DNA of 33,769 nucleotides from a virus (lineage: Duplodnaviria; Caudoviricetes): positions 1-33,769 of IMG/VR virus record IMGVR_UViG_3300038315_000737; one strand, given 5' to 3'. Of this stretch, positions 24,141 through 32,745 are shown piece after piece. A model generated the notes under the pieces. That model did not search any database, had not been told where the DNA came from, and saw only the letters and a list, made by a program, of their open reading frames with translations. Made by a program: the position numbers and the translations under genes. How positions within the stretch are numbered: position 1 is the stretch's first letter; every line of letters begins with the position of its first letter.

Positions 24141-24378
24141 GGATAAAACCTTCGATGTATATGCAGACGAAAAACATGTAAAGCGGTTGGCTGACGAGGT
24201 CACAGATGCGGGGTATCCGTTAGAGGTGCGGGTGAAGCAGACAGAACATGGTAAAATGCGATACTGGGTTTTAGGTGCAGCGTTTATCGGTTGTGGATAT
24301 ATGACAGGGCGTGAGGCTGTGGCTTTTATAAAAGGATTGACAACCGGGATACACTTAACGAAAGGTGGTCCGGTATGA
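24133..24378 (+). CDS. Hypothetical protein
   Basis: G-rich RBS, 81 aa, ATGA-coupled downstream. Confidence 0.6.
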   Translation: MARDKTFDVYADEKHVKRLADEVTDAGYPLEVRVKQTEHGKMRYWVLGAAFIGCGYMTGREAVAFIKGLTTGIHLTKGGPV

Positions 24379-24587
24379 TGTGCGATAAAAACCAGCGAAT
24401 CGACAAACTGGAACAAGTGTTGCGTGAGATGGTGGCGCATAACCGGCGTTATCTCAAAACGCACGTACAGAACCGGTTACGGCTTACAATGCTGACCAAA
24501 CAGGCGGAAAAGCTGCTAGGAGGTAATGATGAAGTACGAAACACCGAACCATGCAGGCACAGTGCGAAAAACGCAAAAAGGGACTAA
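24375..24587 (+). CDS. Hypothetical protein
   Basis: ATGA-coupled, helical. Confidence 0.55.
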   Translation: MMCDKNQRIDKLEQVLREMVAHNRRYLKTHVQNRLRLTMLTKQAEKLLGGNDEVRNTEPCRHSAKNAKRD

Positions 24588-24822
24588 ATTTGTAGGTGAT
24601 GGGAAAGCAATTATCGGCCTAATAGGTCTGCGCTGTGTTGTCAAAAAGGATACCACGTATGCCGGCAACGGCATGAGATATATGATTGAATGGTCATATA
24701 AAGGCGAAACACGTTCTGTGAGCTATCTTCACGAAGCAGACAGAAACGCGATGTATGAGATGGTAAGTAGTGCCCTGTTAGGAGGCGATGATGATGAATG
24801 TCAGAGCGAAAAGCGAGAGTGA
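24526..24822 (+). CDS. Hypothetical protein
   Basis: AGGAGGT RBS. Confidence 0.6.
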   Translation: MMKYETPNHAGTVRKTQKGTKFVGDGKAIIGLIGLRCVVKKDTTYAGNGMRYMIEWSYKGETRSVSYLHEADRNAMYEMVSSALLGGDDDECQSEKRE

Positions 24823-25081
24823 GGTCCGCGAAATGTTTCTCGCGCAACTAAAGCGTCATGCAAAGTATTGGGCGGATCAAGAGGACATAACATGTCGAGA
24901 GAGGTGTGATGGCGTGATTTTCTCTATTCTGAACATTTTCGATGGAACAACCATGTTGCCTGCAATGGATATTGTCTTGCGTCCGCATCCTGATGATAAG
25001 GCACACTGTCAGTCAGAAGGGCTTAATTGGTATGAAGATGGTATGATTATCAATAGTGATTGCATGTTGCATGAGATATAG
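24788..25081 (+). CDS. Hypothetical phage protein
   Basis: GGAGG RBS, globular-looking sequence (FSILNIFDG...PHPDD). Confidence 0.65.
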   Translation: MMMNVRAKSESEVREMFLAQLKRHAKYWADQEDITCRERCDGVIFSILNIFDGTTMLPAMDIVLRPHPDDKAHCQSEGLNWYEDGMIINSDCMLHEI

Positions 25082-25087
25082 GGGGCG

Positions 25088-25351
25088 ATGATGACAATTC
25101 CGATCCACAAAATCGATGAGCAGTGGGAGGTCCAAATCTCAAAGATTGCCCTGCTCATTGAAACGCGTAATGATCTACGCCGTCAACTGTCGAACACGAA
25201 TAGCAAGCTACTGATGGAAAGTCGGACACTTGACGACATGCTGAAATGGGAGGCGGAACATGCGATACAAGAAACGCAATACACTGATACCGAAGAAGCT
25301 GACCAGCGCAAGGCAACATCGAAAGGCGCTGATAAAAGCGTTAGAGCGTAA
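25088..25351 (+). CDS. Hypothetical coiled-coil protein
   Basis: AGGGGG RBS. Confidence 0.55.
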   Translation: MMTIPIHKIDEQWEVQISKIALLIETRNDLRRQLSNTNSKLLMESRTLDDMLKWEAEHAIQETQYTDTEEADQRKATSKGADKSVRA

Positions 25352-25427
25352 AGCCAAAGCGCAGCGAAAGGCGGTGGAAACCGATGCCGAGAGTGCGAGG
25401 AACGGAGAACCTGCCGAGACAGTATAG
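25260..25427 (+). CDS. Small basic protein (55 aa, not in the ORF track)
   Basis: GGAGG RBS; MRYKKRNTLIPKKLTSARQHRKALIKALERKAK... Confidence 0.5.
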   Translation: MRYKKRNTLIPKKLTSARQHRKALIKALERKAKAQRKAVETDAESARNGEPAETV

Positions 25428-25788
25428 TCGGGGGTATTTGGTGTTTTACGATGAAGCGGTTCCCGGTGGGGCCGTCGTCTTATCACCGGAGATGGTTCGG
25501 CGCGGGATAAAGATTGCAAATTACCCGGCAATCCAGAATCTGTTACAATTAAATCCGAAAAGTTGGCAGGCGTGGCGAAGAGAAGCGAACGCACTGTTGA
25601 CAAAAGGGGCGGAACTGGCAAAAGAGGTCGAACTTCTTGAGGGCTGTATTGCACAGCAGGAGATGAGTTTGCGAAAGCAGAAGGAGCAGAACGCCACACT
25701 CCAGGCACGACTGGACAATCAACAGAAACATTTTGATAATATGACGCTCTGGCAACATCTTAGGGCGTGGTGGAGGTCAACCCGATGA
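25384..25788 (+). CDS. Hypothetical protein with a C-terminal coiled coil
   Basis: 134 aa, ATGA-coupled downstream. Confidence 0.6.
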   Translation: MPRVRGTENLPRQYSRGYLVFYDEAVPGGAVVLSPEMVRRGIKIANYPAIQNLLQLNPKSWQAWRREANALLTKGAELAKEVELLEGCIAQQEMSLRKQKEQNATLQARLDNQQKHFDNMTLWQHLRAWWRSTR

Positions 25789-25949
25789 ACATTAAGCAAA
25801 AAACACCAATCAGCAAAGAGACGGCAAAACAGCGGAAGTTGAAAGCACTGGCGAATCAGATAGCGGCGATGGACGGTGACACCCAAGAACTGCTTGCCGA
25901 ATACGTGGCACTCGCATTGCGCAAGCAGGAACAGGCGATAATGAATTGA
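25785..25949 (+). CDS. Small hypothetical protein
   Basis: GGAGGT RBS, ATGA overlap. Confidence 0.6.
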   Translation: MNIKQKTPISKETAKQRKLKALANQIAAMDGDTQELLAEYVALALRKQEQAIMN

Positions 25950-25958
25950 GGTGTGAAT

Positions 25959-26156
25959 ATGGCAGGCAGATCGACAATGCCGGACGGCATCGAACAGAAG
26001 CTAGTGGAATGGACGGCGCAGGGGCTGACCGATAAACAGATGGCGGAAAAGCTCGGTGTCAATCCAAGAACGTTGGCGCATTGGCGGAAACGGTTGCATA
26101 TCATCAAACCGTCAAAGATGGACTGGGCACGCCGTCATTATGCGGATTATCCTTGA
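25959..26156 (+). CDS. HTH DNA-binding protein, candidate late-gene regulator
   Basis: GLTDKQMAEKLGVNPRTLAHWRKRL; last gene before the late promoter. Confidence 0.75.
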   Translation: MAGRSTMPDGIEQKLVEWTAQGLTDKQMAEKLGVNPRTLAHWRKRLHIIKPSKMDWARRHYADYP

Positions 26157-26181
26157 CACATCCTTGCGAATCTAGTATTTT
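26153..26181 (+). promoter_or_regulatory. Putative late promoter
   Basis: TTGACA (26153-26158), 17 nt, TATTTT (26176-26181). Confidence 0.6.
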
Positions 26182-26243
26182 ATAGGCAAGCTCGACCTGT
26201 GGCGGGTTCCGAGCTACTGAAATTCCGTAAATCATCTACCTTC

Positions 26244-26320
26244 AAAGCCCCGAACGGGATCCCGGGGCCGCGTGGCAGTTTCAGCGTGGCCGCGTGGCTC
26301 TCCGTTTTCGGGGCTTTTTT
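26244..26320 (+). terminator. Long-hairpin terminator/attenuator in the late leader
   Basis: aaagccccgaa/ttcggggcttt basal stem, pairable interior, T6 tract; ends just before the terS RBS. Confidence 0.7.
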
Positions 26321-26338
26321 GTTGCGAGGATACATTGT

Positions 26339-26794
26339 GTGGCAGGCGAACGAATCAAAGGTGAAACCGATCTTTCCTACACATATTTTGAAATTTATCG
26401 AGATCTTGACCCGAAACAACGGTCAGTTGAGGCGTTGTGTGCCTATGAGGTGCAGGGGAAGAAAAGGACACACACCGTGTTTGCGCGGTGGTATCGAAAC
26501 CATGATTGGGCGAATCGTGTCAACCAGTGGGATATTGAACGTAGCAGATCTGCACTCCGCGCGTTCATTCTCCGGCGTAATAAGGACCTTGAAAAATTCA
26601 TCGATGACGACTTCACCATCATGAAGGCCGCACAGCAGATTGTTATCAAGAAAACGCTGAAACTGAGTAAGCAGGAAGATCCGAACGCTACCGAATTTCG
26701 TACCACGATGTTAGGCTATCAAGTTGTAAGAGAAGGATTGAAAGACCTTATCGGGATATTTAACCAGGAAGTTGAAAATGCAGCAAGATCTTAA
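26339..26794 (+). CDS. Probable terminase small subunit
   Basis: GAGGA RBS plus GTG; GET..SY..F..YRDL....RS...RW...HDW..R...WD pattern followed by helices; first late gene, upstream of terL. Confidence 0.65.
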   Translation: MAGERIKGETDLSYTYFEIYRDLDPKQRSVEALCAYEVQGKKRTHTVFARWYRNHDWANRVNQWDIERSRSALRAFILRRNKDLEKFIDDDFTIMKAAQQIVIKKTLKLSKQEDPNATEFRTTMLGYQVVREGLKDLIGIFNQEVENAARS

Positions 26795-27281
26795 AGTTGA
26801 ATACGTGCCAGTTGACGCATTGAAGCCGTTTGTTGATAACCCGCGTGAACACTCGGAACGGAACATCAACGACATTAAGCGCAGTATATCACGGTTCGGG
26901 TGGACGAATCCGATCCTTGTCAGGCGTGAGGACAACATGATTATCGCTGGGCATGGGCGGATTGAAGCAGCGACCATCGAAGGGCTTGACACTGTGCCGG
27001 TGATATATTTGGATATGAGCGATAATGATGCGAAGTTGTATTCAATCACTGATAATCGGACGGCTGAAACAAGCGAATGGGATCTATTAGCACTCAAAGA
27101 GTTAACCGAGTCACTTGATGCCGATGGCGTTGAGATTGGGGATAGTGGTTTTGAATTGGCAGAACTTGAGGCGCTGATAAGCCTTGATGAATTTGAGCCT
27201 GTTGATTTCGACATGCAATCCCGGCTTGATGAGAAAACGCCTGTGAAATGTCCGGGGTGTGGGTATGAGTTTACAACTTGA
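26778..27281 (+). CDS. ParB/sulfiredoxin-like domain protein with a C-terminal CxxC
   Basis: NPREH, SISRFGWTNPILV, IIAGHGRIEAA, DNRTAE..EWD, CPGCGYEF. Confidence 0.9.
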   Translation: MQQDLKVEYVPVDALKPFVDNPREHSERNINDIKRSISRFGWTNPILVRREDNMIIAGHGRIEAATIEGLDTVPVIYLDMSDNDAKLYSITDNRTAETSEWDLLALKELTESLDADGVEIGDSGFELAELEALISLDEFEPVDFDMQSRLDEKTPVKCPGCGYEFTT

Positions 27282-28002
27282 TTGGTGTTCGCATGAAGCG
27301 GCCAAATATGCGGTTATGAAGTGGCATTACTCTAAACGGATGCCGAGATGTAAACTGGTAAGATGTGGCGTTTGGGAAAACTCCCGCTTCGTCGGTTGTG
27401 TCATATTCTCGGCGGGTGCTACATACAAACTCGTATCAGCGTTTTCTTTGACACCAACGCAGGGGTGCGAGTTGTCTCGGGTTGCATTGGGGAATCATCA
27501 AGCGAATGTGTCCAAGATTGTATCTATCGCACTTAAGATGCTGAAAAGCCGCTGTACTGGTCTGCGCTTGTGCGTATCATTTGCAGATCCGGAGCAGGGG
27601 CATATCGGCGGCATTTATCAAGCGGGGAATTGGATTTACACTGGCGAGACAGCAGGGGCGCATCATTTCATGGATGGTAATGGAAAAGTATGGCATCCTC
27701 GGAATGTTAGCAAGGATTTATGGCGAAGGGGAAAGCGACGAACCCCTGATGAATGCGTGAAGATTTGGAAGGCGGGGAAACATCGCTATATTTACCCGTT
27801 AGACCGAAAAATGAGAAAACAAATAGAACCATTAGCACAGCCATACCCAAAAGAGAATATGCGTTCAGTCAAAGGTGACGACTTGGCATCCAGTCAAGCA
27901 GGACGGTTCAATCCCGATCTGAACGCTTTGGTTGATAAAAATGAACATCGCATACAGACGTTATCAGATACCACAAGCGAACATCCTGCCGCTGCTGACT
28001 GA
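27265..28002 (+). CDS. mom: Mom-family (GNAT-fold) adenine modification enzyme
   Basis: WHYS, GVWE...VGCVIF, ELSRVAL, VSFADPEQGHIGGIYQAGNWIYTG. Confidence 0.85.
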   Translation: MSLQLDWCSHEAAKYAVMKWHYSKRMPRCKLVRCGVWENSRFVGCVIFSAGATYKLVSAFSLTPTQGCELSRVALGNHQANVSKIVSIALKMLKSRCTGLRLCVSFADPEQGHIGGIYQAGNWIYTGETAGAHHFMDGNGKVWHPRNVSKDLWRRGKRRTPDECVKIWKAGKHRYIYPLDRKMRKQIEPLAQPYPKENMRSVKGDDLASSQAGRFNPDLNALVDKNEHRIQTLSDTTSEHPAAAD

Positions 28003-29602
28003 TAGCGAACATCATGAGGATTCGCTTTACAATCAGTGTCGGGATAAACGCCGTTTTGCGGAGGTGTTCTTAGCTGAACACTTCGGATTACCGTTCGGTT
28101 CACATCATGAGCAGTGGTTCAACCGTCCCGAAAAGCGTGGCACACTTGAGGCGATAGCTGCGCCCCGTGGTGGTGCGAAAACCACGTTCTTCAGCTTCAT
28201 CGATGTCTTGCATGCGATCTGTTACGAAACGGAACAGTTCATCATCATCACTTCAGAGAGCAAAAGCCTCGCTGTTGAGCGGGTGATGGATGTCAAAGGT
28301 GAACTGGAGAGCAACGAGAAAATCATCGAAGTCTACGGCGAGATGCGTGGACATACCACATGGAAGCAGGATGACATTGTGTGCGCTAACGGCGTGCGCG
28401 TTACGGCAAAGGGCAGGGGTGGGCAAATCAGAGGAAGTAAACATGGGGCCGAACGTCCCTCGCTGATACTGCTTGACGATGTCGAATCCTCAGAGACGGT
28501 GCTTTCGCCATTGCAGCGTGAGAAGGTGCGCAACTGGTATCAGACTGACGTGCGACGTGCAGGCAGACCAGACGGTCAGACCAATTTCCGAATCGTTGGG
28601 ACATATCTGCATCAAGACGCACTATTACCGCAACTGGTGGAGAATCCGGCGTACCGCTCAGAGAAGTATAAAGCGGTGCTGAGTTGGTCAGAGCGCGAAG
28701 ACCTATGGACTGAATGGAAGGCGCTATACACAGACCTATCCGATTTAGAGCGGTTCGATACCGCCAAAGGCTTCTACGACGCGAACCAGGTAGACATGCT
28801 GAAAGGTGTTCAAATGCTCTGGCCGGACGGCATCTCCTATTACATGGTCCAAGAGGCGATCGTTGCCGATGGCAGATACTCAGTGATGAAGGAATTTCAG
28901 AACGAACCGTACGATCCCGAACACCAAATCTTTGACATGGAAAACGCTGTCCGCTTCAACATGACAGAGGAGGGCCTATTACGAAGCGATGACAGGCTGG
29001 TGAGTTGGGACAGTATCGTCGGAGCATCACTGTTCTTGGATTGGGCAGGCGCGAAAGATTCAATCGAAAACTGTTTCGCCTGTGCGGTGCTGATACTGTG
29101 GGAAAGGTTCCCCGTCAGCAAAGAGAGCTACGGATACCTGGCCGACTGTTGGCTGGGTCGTGGCGGACTTTCTGAACAGATTAAAGCGTGCTTCGATCTC
29201 TACGCCAAATACTCAACGCTACACTTCCGGTTCCAAATCGAAGAGTTCGTGAAGGATATAACGGGCGAGATTACCAAAGGCGTCCGACGTGCCTTCGGCG
29301 AAGAAAAACAACGTCGGCAGGACAACGGCGAACCGCACAACCTGACACTCCCAGCGAGACTACACACTCGACGGCATGAAAAGATTGATCGAATCGCTAC
29401 CGCACTAGAGCCAGAGATCGCTAACGGCTGGCTGAGTTTCAACAACGCACTACCGCAACAGTTTATGGACATGTTCATCCAGTTTCCAACGCACGAATTT
29501 GTCGATGGTCCAGACGCAACCGAAGGCGCGTTTAGCTTGAAGGTGACAGGTAAGCCGGGGCCTGTGAGAAAAGAACGGAATCCCGTTAAGGTGAGATTAT
29601 GA
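27941..29602 (+). CDS. terL: Terminase large subunit
   Basis: Walker A APRGGAKT, Walker B LILLDDVE, VGTYLH, EFQNEP, C-terminal nuclease FP...VDGPDA. Confidence 0.93.
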   Translation: MNIAYRRYQIPQANILPLLTDSEHHEDSLYNQCRDKRRFAEVFLAEHFGLPFGSHHEQWFNRPEKRGTLEAIAAPRGGAKTTFFSFIDVLHAICYETEQFIIITSESKSLAVERVMDVKGELESNEKIIEVYGEMRGHTTWKQDDIVCANGVRVTAKGRGGQIRGSKHGAERPSLILLDDVESSETVLSPLQREKVRNWYQTDVRRAGRPDGQTNFRIVGTYLHQDALLPQLVENPAYRSEKYKAVLSWSEREDLWTEWKALYTDLSDLERFDTAKGFYDANQVDMLKGVQMLWPDGISYYMVQEAIVADGRYSVMKEFQNEPYDPEHQIFDMENAVRFNMTEEGLLRSDDRLVSWDSIVGASLFLDWAGAKDSIENCFACAVLILWERFPVSKESYGYLADCWLGRGGLSEQIKACFDLYAKYSTLHFRFQIEEFVKDITGEITKGVRRAFGEEKQRRQDNGEPHNLTLPARLHTRRHEKIDRIATALEPEIANGWLSFNNALPQQFMDMFIQFPTHEFVDGPDATEGAFSLKVTGKPGPVRKERNPVKVRL

Positions 29603-29856
29603 CATTATTTAAGAAAAGGTATCCGGCTTTATCGTTCGCTGAAAACTTTTTGGGCGGCCATGTCAGTTTTGGGCCATTTTGCATCTATGGTGAAAACGCT
29701 ATGCATTGGGCGGTAAATATCAGAACAAAGCGTTGGGGTTACATCTGTTTCCGCCTGCCGTTGAGATGCTTCAAGCGTTGGTGGCCACTGTATTATTACT
29801 GTTCGCCTGATGCTACTCCGCAGCGTGCAACCTTTTGGGGCTGGGGCAAGCATTAG
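29599..29856 (+). CDS. Hypothetical aromatic-rich protein
   Basis: ATGA-coupled to terL. Confidence 0.6.
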   Translation: MTLFKKRYPALSFAENFLGGHVSFGPFCIYGENAMHWAVNIRTKRWGYICFRLPLRCFKRWWPLYYYCSPDATPQRATFWGWGKH

Positions 29857-29867
29857 AGGGTGAGATT

Positions 29868-30128
29868 ATGAACAACTATCGGAAGCAGAACGCATGTGGT
29901 AACTGTGCTTTTGCTCGTGTGATAGATGAATATGATGATTTTCGCGTGTTCTGCATGCATGACTTAACGCCGAACTGCGATTCGTTTGGCTTCCAGTGGA
30001 AAGGCGGCACTTATTCTTTCAAAGACAGTGTCAGTGTCGAAGCGTACGGCATTTGTGACGATTGGCAGCCAGACAAGGTTGTCGTAGAACGTAGGGCGCA
30101 GATCGTAATTGAGGGTATTCAAGCATGA
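29868..30128 (+). CDS. Small Cys-rich protein
   Basis: GAGGG RBS; CGNC...C...CDDW. Confidence 0.6.
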   Translation: MNNYRKQNACGNCAFARVIDEYDDFRVFCMHDLTPNCDSFGFQWKGGTYSFKDSVSVEAYGICDDWQPDKVVVERRAQIVIEGIQA

Positions 30129-32743
30129 CACAAGGTAACGAATCTGCAATAGTCAGGCACCGTTCAAGCCTCACACCGATCAATGACTTTATCCGTAGCG
30201 GTGGGGTTCATCTCTCCAGGGTGCGCGGTATTGATCGGACCGGTGGCGGTGATGCGTATGGCAAGATACTAGAGATTGTCAACCAGTTCGGCACTCAAGG
30301 CGGAAAGATTGTCTGTGATGCTGGGACGTATAAGATCTCATCGAACCTGACAATTCCTGCCAATGTATCATTTGAGGTGGTCAAAGGTGGGCAACTCAGT
30401 ATCGATAGCGGTGTGACCGTCACTTTCAACGGGAACTTCATCGCCGAACCACGGATGCAATGCTTTTCGGGTTCCGGGACAGTTGTATTCGGCGTTGGCA
30501 TTACCACCGAAGGGTATGCCGAATGGTGGGGCGCTGTGGCTGATGCGGATGTAGACGCTCCAGCGGACCTCGGCACAGATTCGGGTGCTGCGATCAATGC
30601 GGCGATGTTGGCATGCTTTGAGGCGGGGATTAAACTCCGCTTACTGGCTGGGACGTATCGGACATCTATCCCGCTGGTGTATACTGCTTCGGGTGTGGTC
30701 AAGCGTTCGATGGTTATCGAGGGTGCAGGCTCTTCCGATGAAGATGCGAGCCAGATATGGAATGCTGACAGCTTCGCGGGGATACTGCTGAAACTTGATG
30801 CGAACGGTCTGAAAGGTGACATCGTCGTTGAAAAGGTTCGGATCTATGGTGGCAAGCCGACCGATAAAACTGTCGGTTCGTTCGATTGTGATGGGCTGGA
30901 GATCGATGAAAGCATTGAGCGCGTCTTACTGAAAGATTTGAAGATCGATAAATTTGGCGGGCGTGGTTTGGTTATCCGGGATACGTTCGGATTTAGTATC
31001 GATACCTGTCAGGTCCGGGACAACAATCAGGGCGTGGCGCTGATCACCGATGGCTCGTCCAAAGGTGAAGGCTCTATTTTGGGCGGCAGCTATTCCACGA
31101 ACGAACATTATCAGTTCTGCATCGACAACAACAACTTTACCATCCATTTCCACGGGGGCGTGAAGCTGTTCGGGATCGGTGATGGTGTTGGCAATGCACA
31201 GCCGGGGATTGTGTTCATGGGTGAGATCCGGGTCCGGGACCGAACAAACACCGGAGGCGGGCTGACCAGTCTTATCGATACCGGCATCAATTTCCAGACA
31301 ACAGGCCAAGTGAATTTGGGTGATCAGATTATCGATCGGACAACAAACCTTTCCGCGACGGTGGTCGCACGAACGACGACGACGAACCCAGGCGATACGA
31401 TCCATTTCTTTTTTGTTGCTGGCGAGTCACCGGACTTTACGACACCGGGCAAGGATTATTATGTTGTCAAGGACAATTCCGGCGCGAGTCGTGTGACATG
31501 TCACGGCGTACACTTTGAGAAAACAAGCCCGTGCATTGAAGCCCATGGGACCGTTGAGAATCTCGTTGTGAATAACTGTCTCTTAAAGTTTGGCGAGACG
31601 TATGATTCGACAGGCCGGGCGATCCGCTTAACCCGTGGGCATGTGATTGATATAGGAAATAACGACTTTCTGCAAAACGATGGTGGCTCGTATGACATCA
31701 CCGCTCTGGATTTGGGTGATAGTTTTGGCGATCAGTGTTGTATCTATCCGAACCGATACGCAACAAACACATCCGGTTCTGTTACGGCTGTGACAGGCAA
31801 TCCGAATGCGAAGCGGTTTGATCTACTACTCCAAGGTACAGGCTCAACCGAACCGGGTGCGACGTTTTTTGAATTGAACCTTGTATCGAACCATATCGAG
31901 CTGAACGACACATTTGATATGATTCTGAATGAGGCTTTAGAATGGCAGGGTGGGAGCGGTGAAAACATCGTTCGGATTCCAGCAAATGTCGCTGATGCTT
32001 TGCATTTTACCGATGATGTTGGACAGATGATACGCTTTGATACCCGCACATCGCAGCGGGGTCTACGCATCAATCCCGCAACGCTGGACGTTGACTTTAC
32101 CATTGAGGCATCGGGGCCTGTTACGGCGATGTTTGTCAAAGGCTCTGACGGCACAGTTGCGATAGGACATCAAGCTCCACTTGACATCTTGCATATAGCC
32201 GATCCCGATGGCGATACGACGGTGCGGATCGGTGGTGCGGACGCTGCCGATCATAGCGTCCATTTCTCTGGTAATGCAGACTGGTCTGTCGGGGTGGACA
32301 ACAACAATAGCGATAACTTTACCGTCTCGGCGAGTGACACGCTCGGTACATCAACGGTTGTCACGCTAACCGCTGCGGGGGATTTGGGTATCGGTCAAAC
32401 ATCACCGCTCTATGGCCTGTCGATGGGCGCAGGCCAGTTGATCCAGCGGTCAACCGATGCGGGCTTGACAGCGAGTACAACCCAGACGCAAGGCGGCGGC
32501 CTCGCGTTGACAGCGGAATACAACGAGTTCTCGACAGTTGCCAACGCAAACGACGCAGCGACACTCATTACAGTGGCTGCGGGGATCAAACAGGTTGTTT
32601 TCAACAACGGTGCGAACACACTCCAGATATTTCCTGCAAGCGGTGATGATGTTGGAGCTGGGGTCGATACGTCGGTAACATTGGCGGCTGGGGCGAACAC
32701 GGTTTTCCGTGGGATTGATGGGACTAACTGGGAGCAGGACTAG
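30125..32743 (+). CDS. Tailspike/fibre-like protein with a pectate-lyase-like beta-helix
   Basis: EWWGAVAD...DSGAAINAA...AGTYR beta-helix cap, helix rungs, VAIGHQAP and LGIGQTSP fibre repeats. Confidence 0.75.
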   Translation: MTQGNESAIVRHRSSLTPINDFIRSGGVHLSRVRGIDRTGGGDAYGKILEIVNQFGTQGGKIVCDAGTYKISSNLTIPANVSFEVVKGGQLSIDSGVTVTFNGNFIAEPRMQCFSGSGTVVFGVGITTEGYAEWWGAVADADVDAPADLGTDSGAAINAAMLACFEAGIKLRLLAGTYRTSIPLVYTASGVVKRSMVIEGAGSSDEDASQIWNADSFAGILLKLDANGLKGDIVVEKVRIYGGKPTDKTVGSFDCDGLEIDESIERVLLKDLKIDKFGGRGLVIRDTFGFSIDTCQVRDNNQGVALITDGSSKGEGSILGGSYSTNEHYQFCIDNNNFTIHFHGGVKLFGIGDGVGNAQPGIVFMGEIRVRDRTNTGGGLTSLIDTGINFQTTGQVNLGDQIIDRTTNLSATVVARTTTTNPGDTIHFFFVAGESPDFTTPGKDYYVVKDNSGASRVTCHGVHFEKTSPCIEAHGTVENLVVNNCLLKFGETYDSTGRAIRLTRGHVIDIGNNDFLQNDGGSYDITALDLGDSFGDQCCIYPNRYATNTSGSVTAVTGNPNAKRFDLLLQGTGSTEPGATFFELNLVSNHIELNDTFDMILNEALEWQGGSGENIVRIPANVADALHFTDDVGQMIRFDTRTSQRGLRINPATLDVDFTIEASGPVTAMFVKGSDGTVAIGHQAPLDILHIADPDGDTTVRIGGADAADHSVHFSGNADWSVGVDNNNSDNFTVSASDTLGTSTVVTLTAAGDLGIGQTSPLYGLSMGAGQLIQRSTDAGLTASTTQTQGGGLALTAEYNEFSTVANANDAATLITVAAGIKQVVFNNGANTLQIFPASGDDVGAGVDTSVTLAAGANTVFRGIDGTNWEQD

Positions 32744-32745
32744 CG

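Noticed and set aside
26199-26624. 141-aa ORF overlapping the late leader and terS
   Set aside because: Runs through the terminator hairpin, has no motif, and overlaps the better-supported terS frame
30125-32743. Diversity-generating retroelement target or invertible fibre segment
   Set aside because: No reverse transcriptase, TR/VR pair, invertase or flanking inverted repeats were seen
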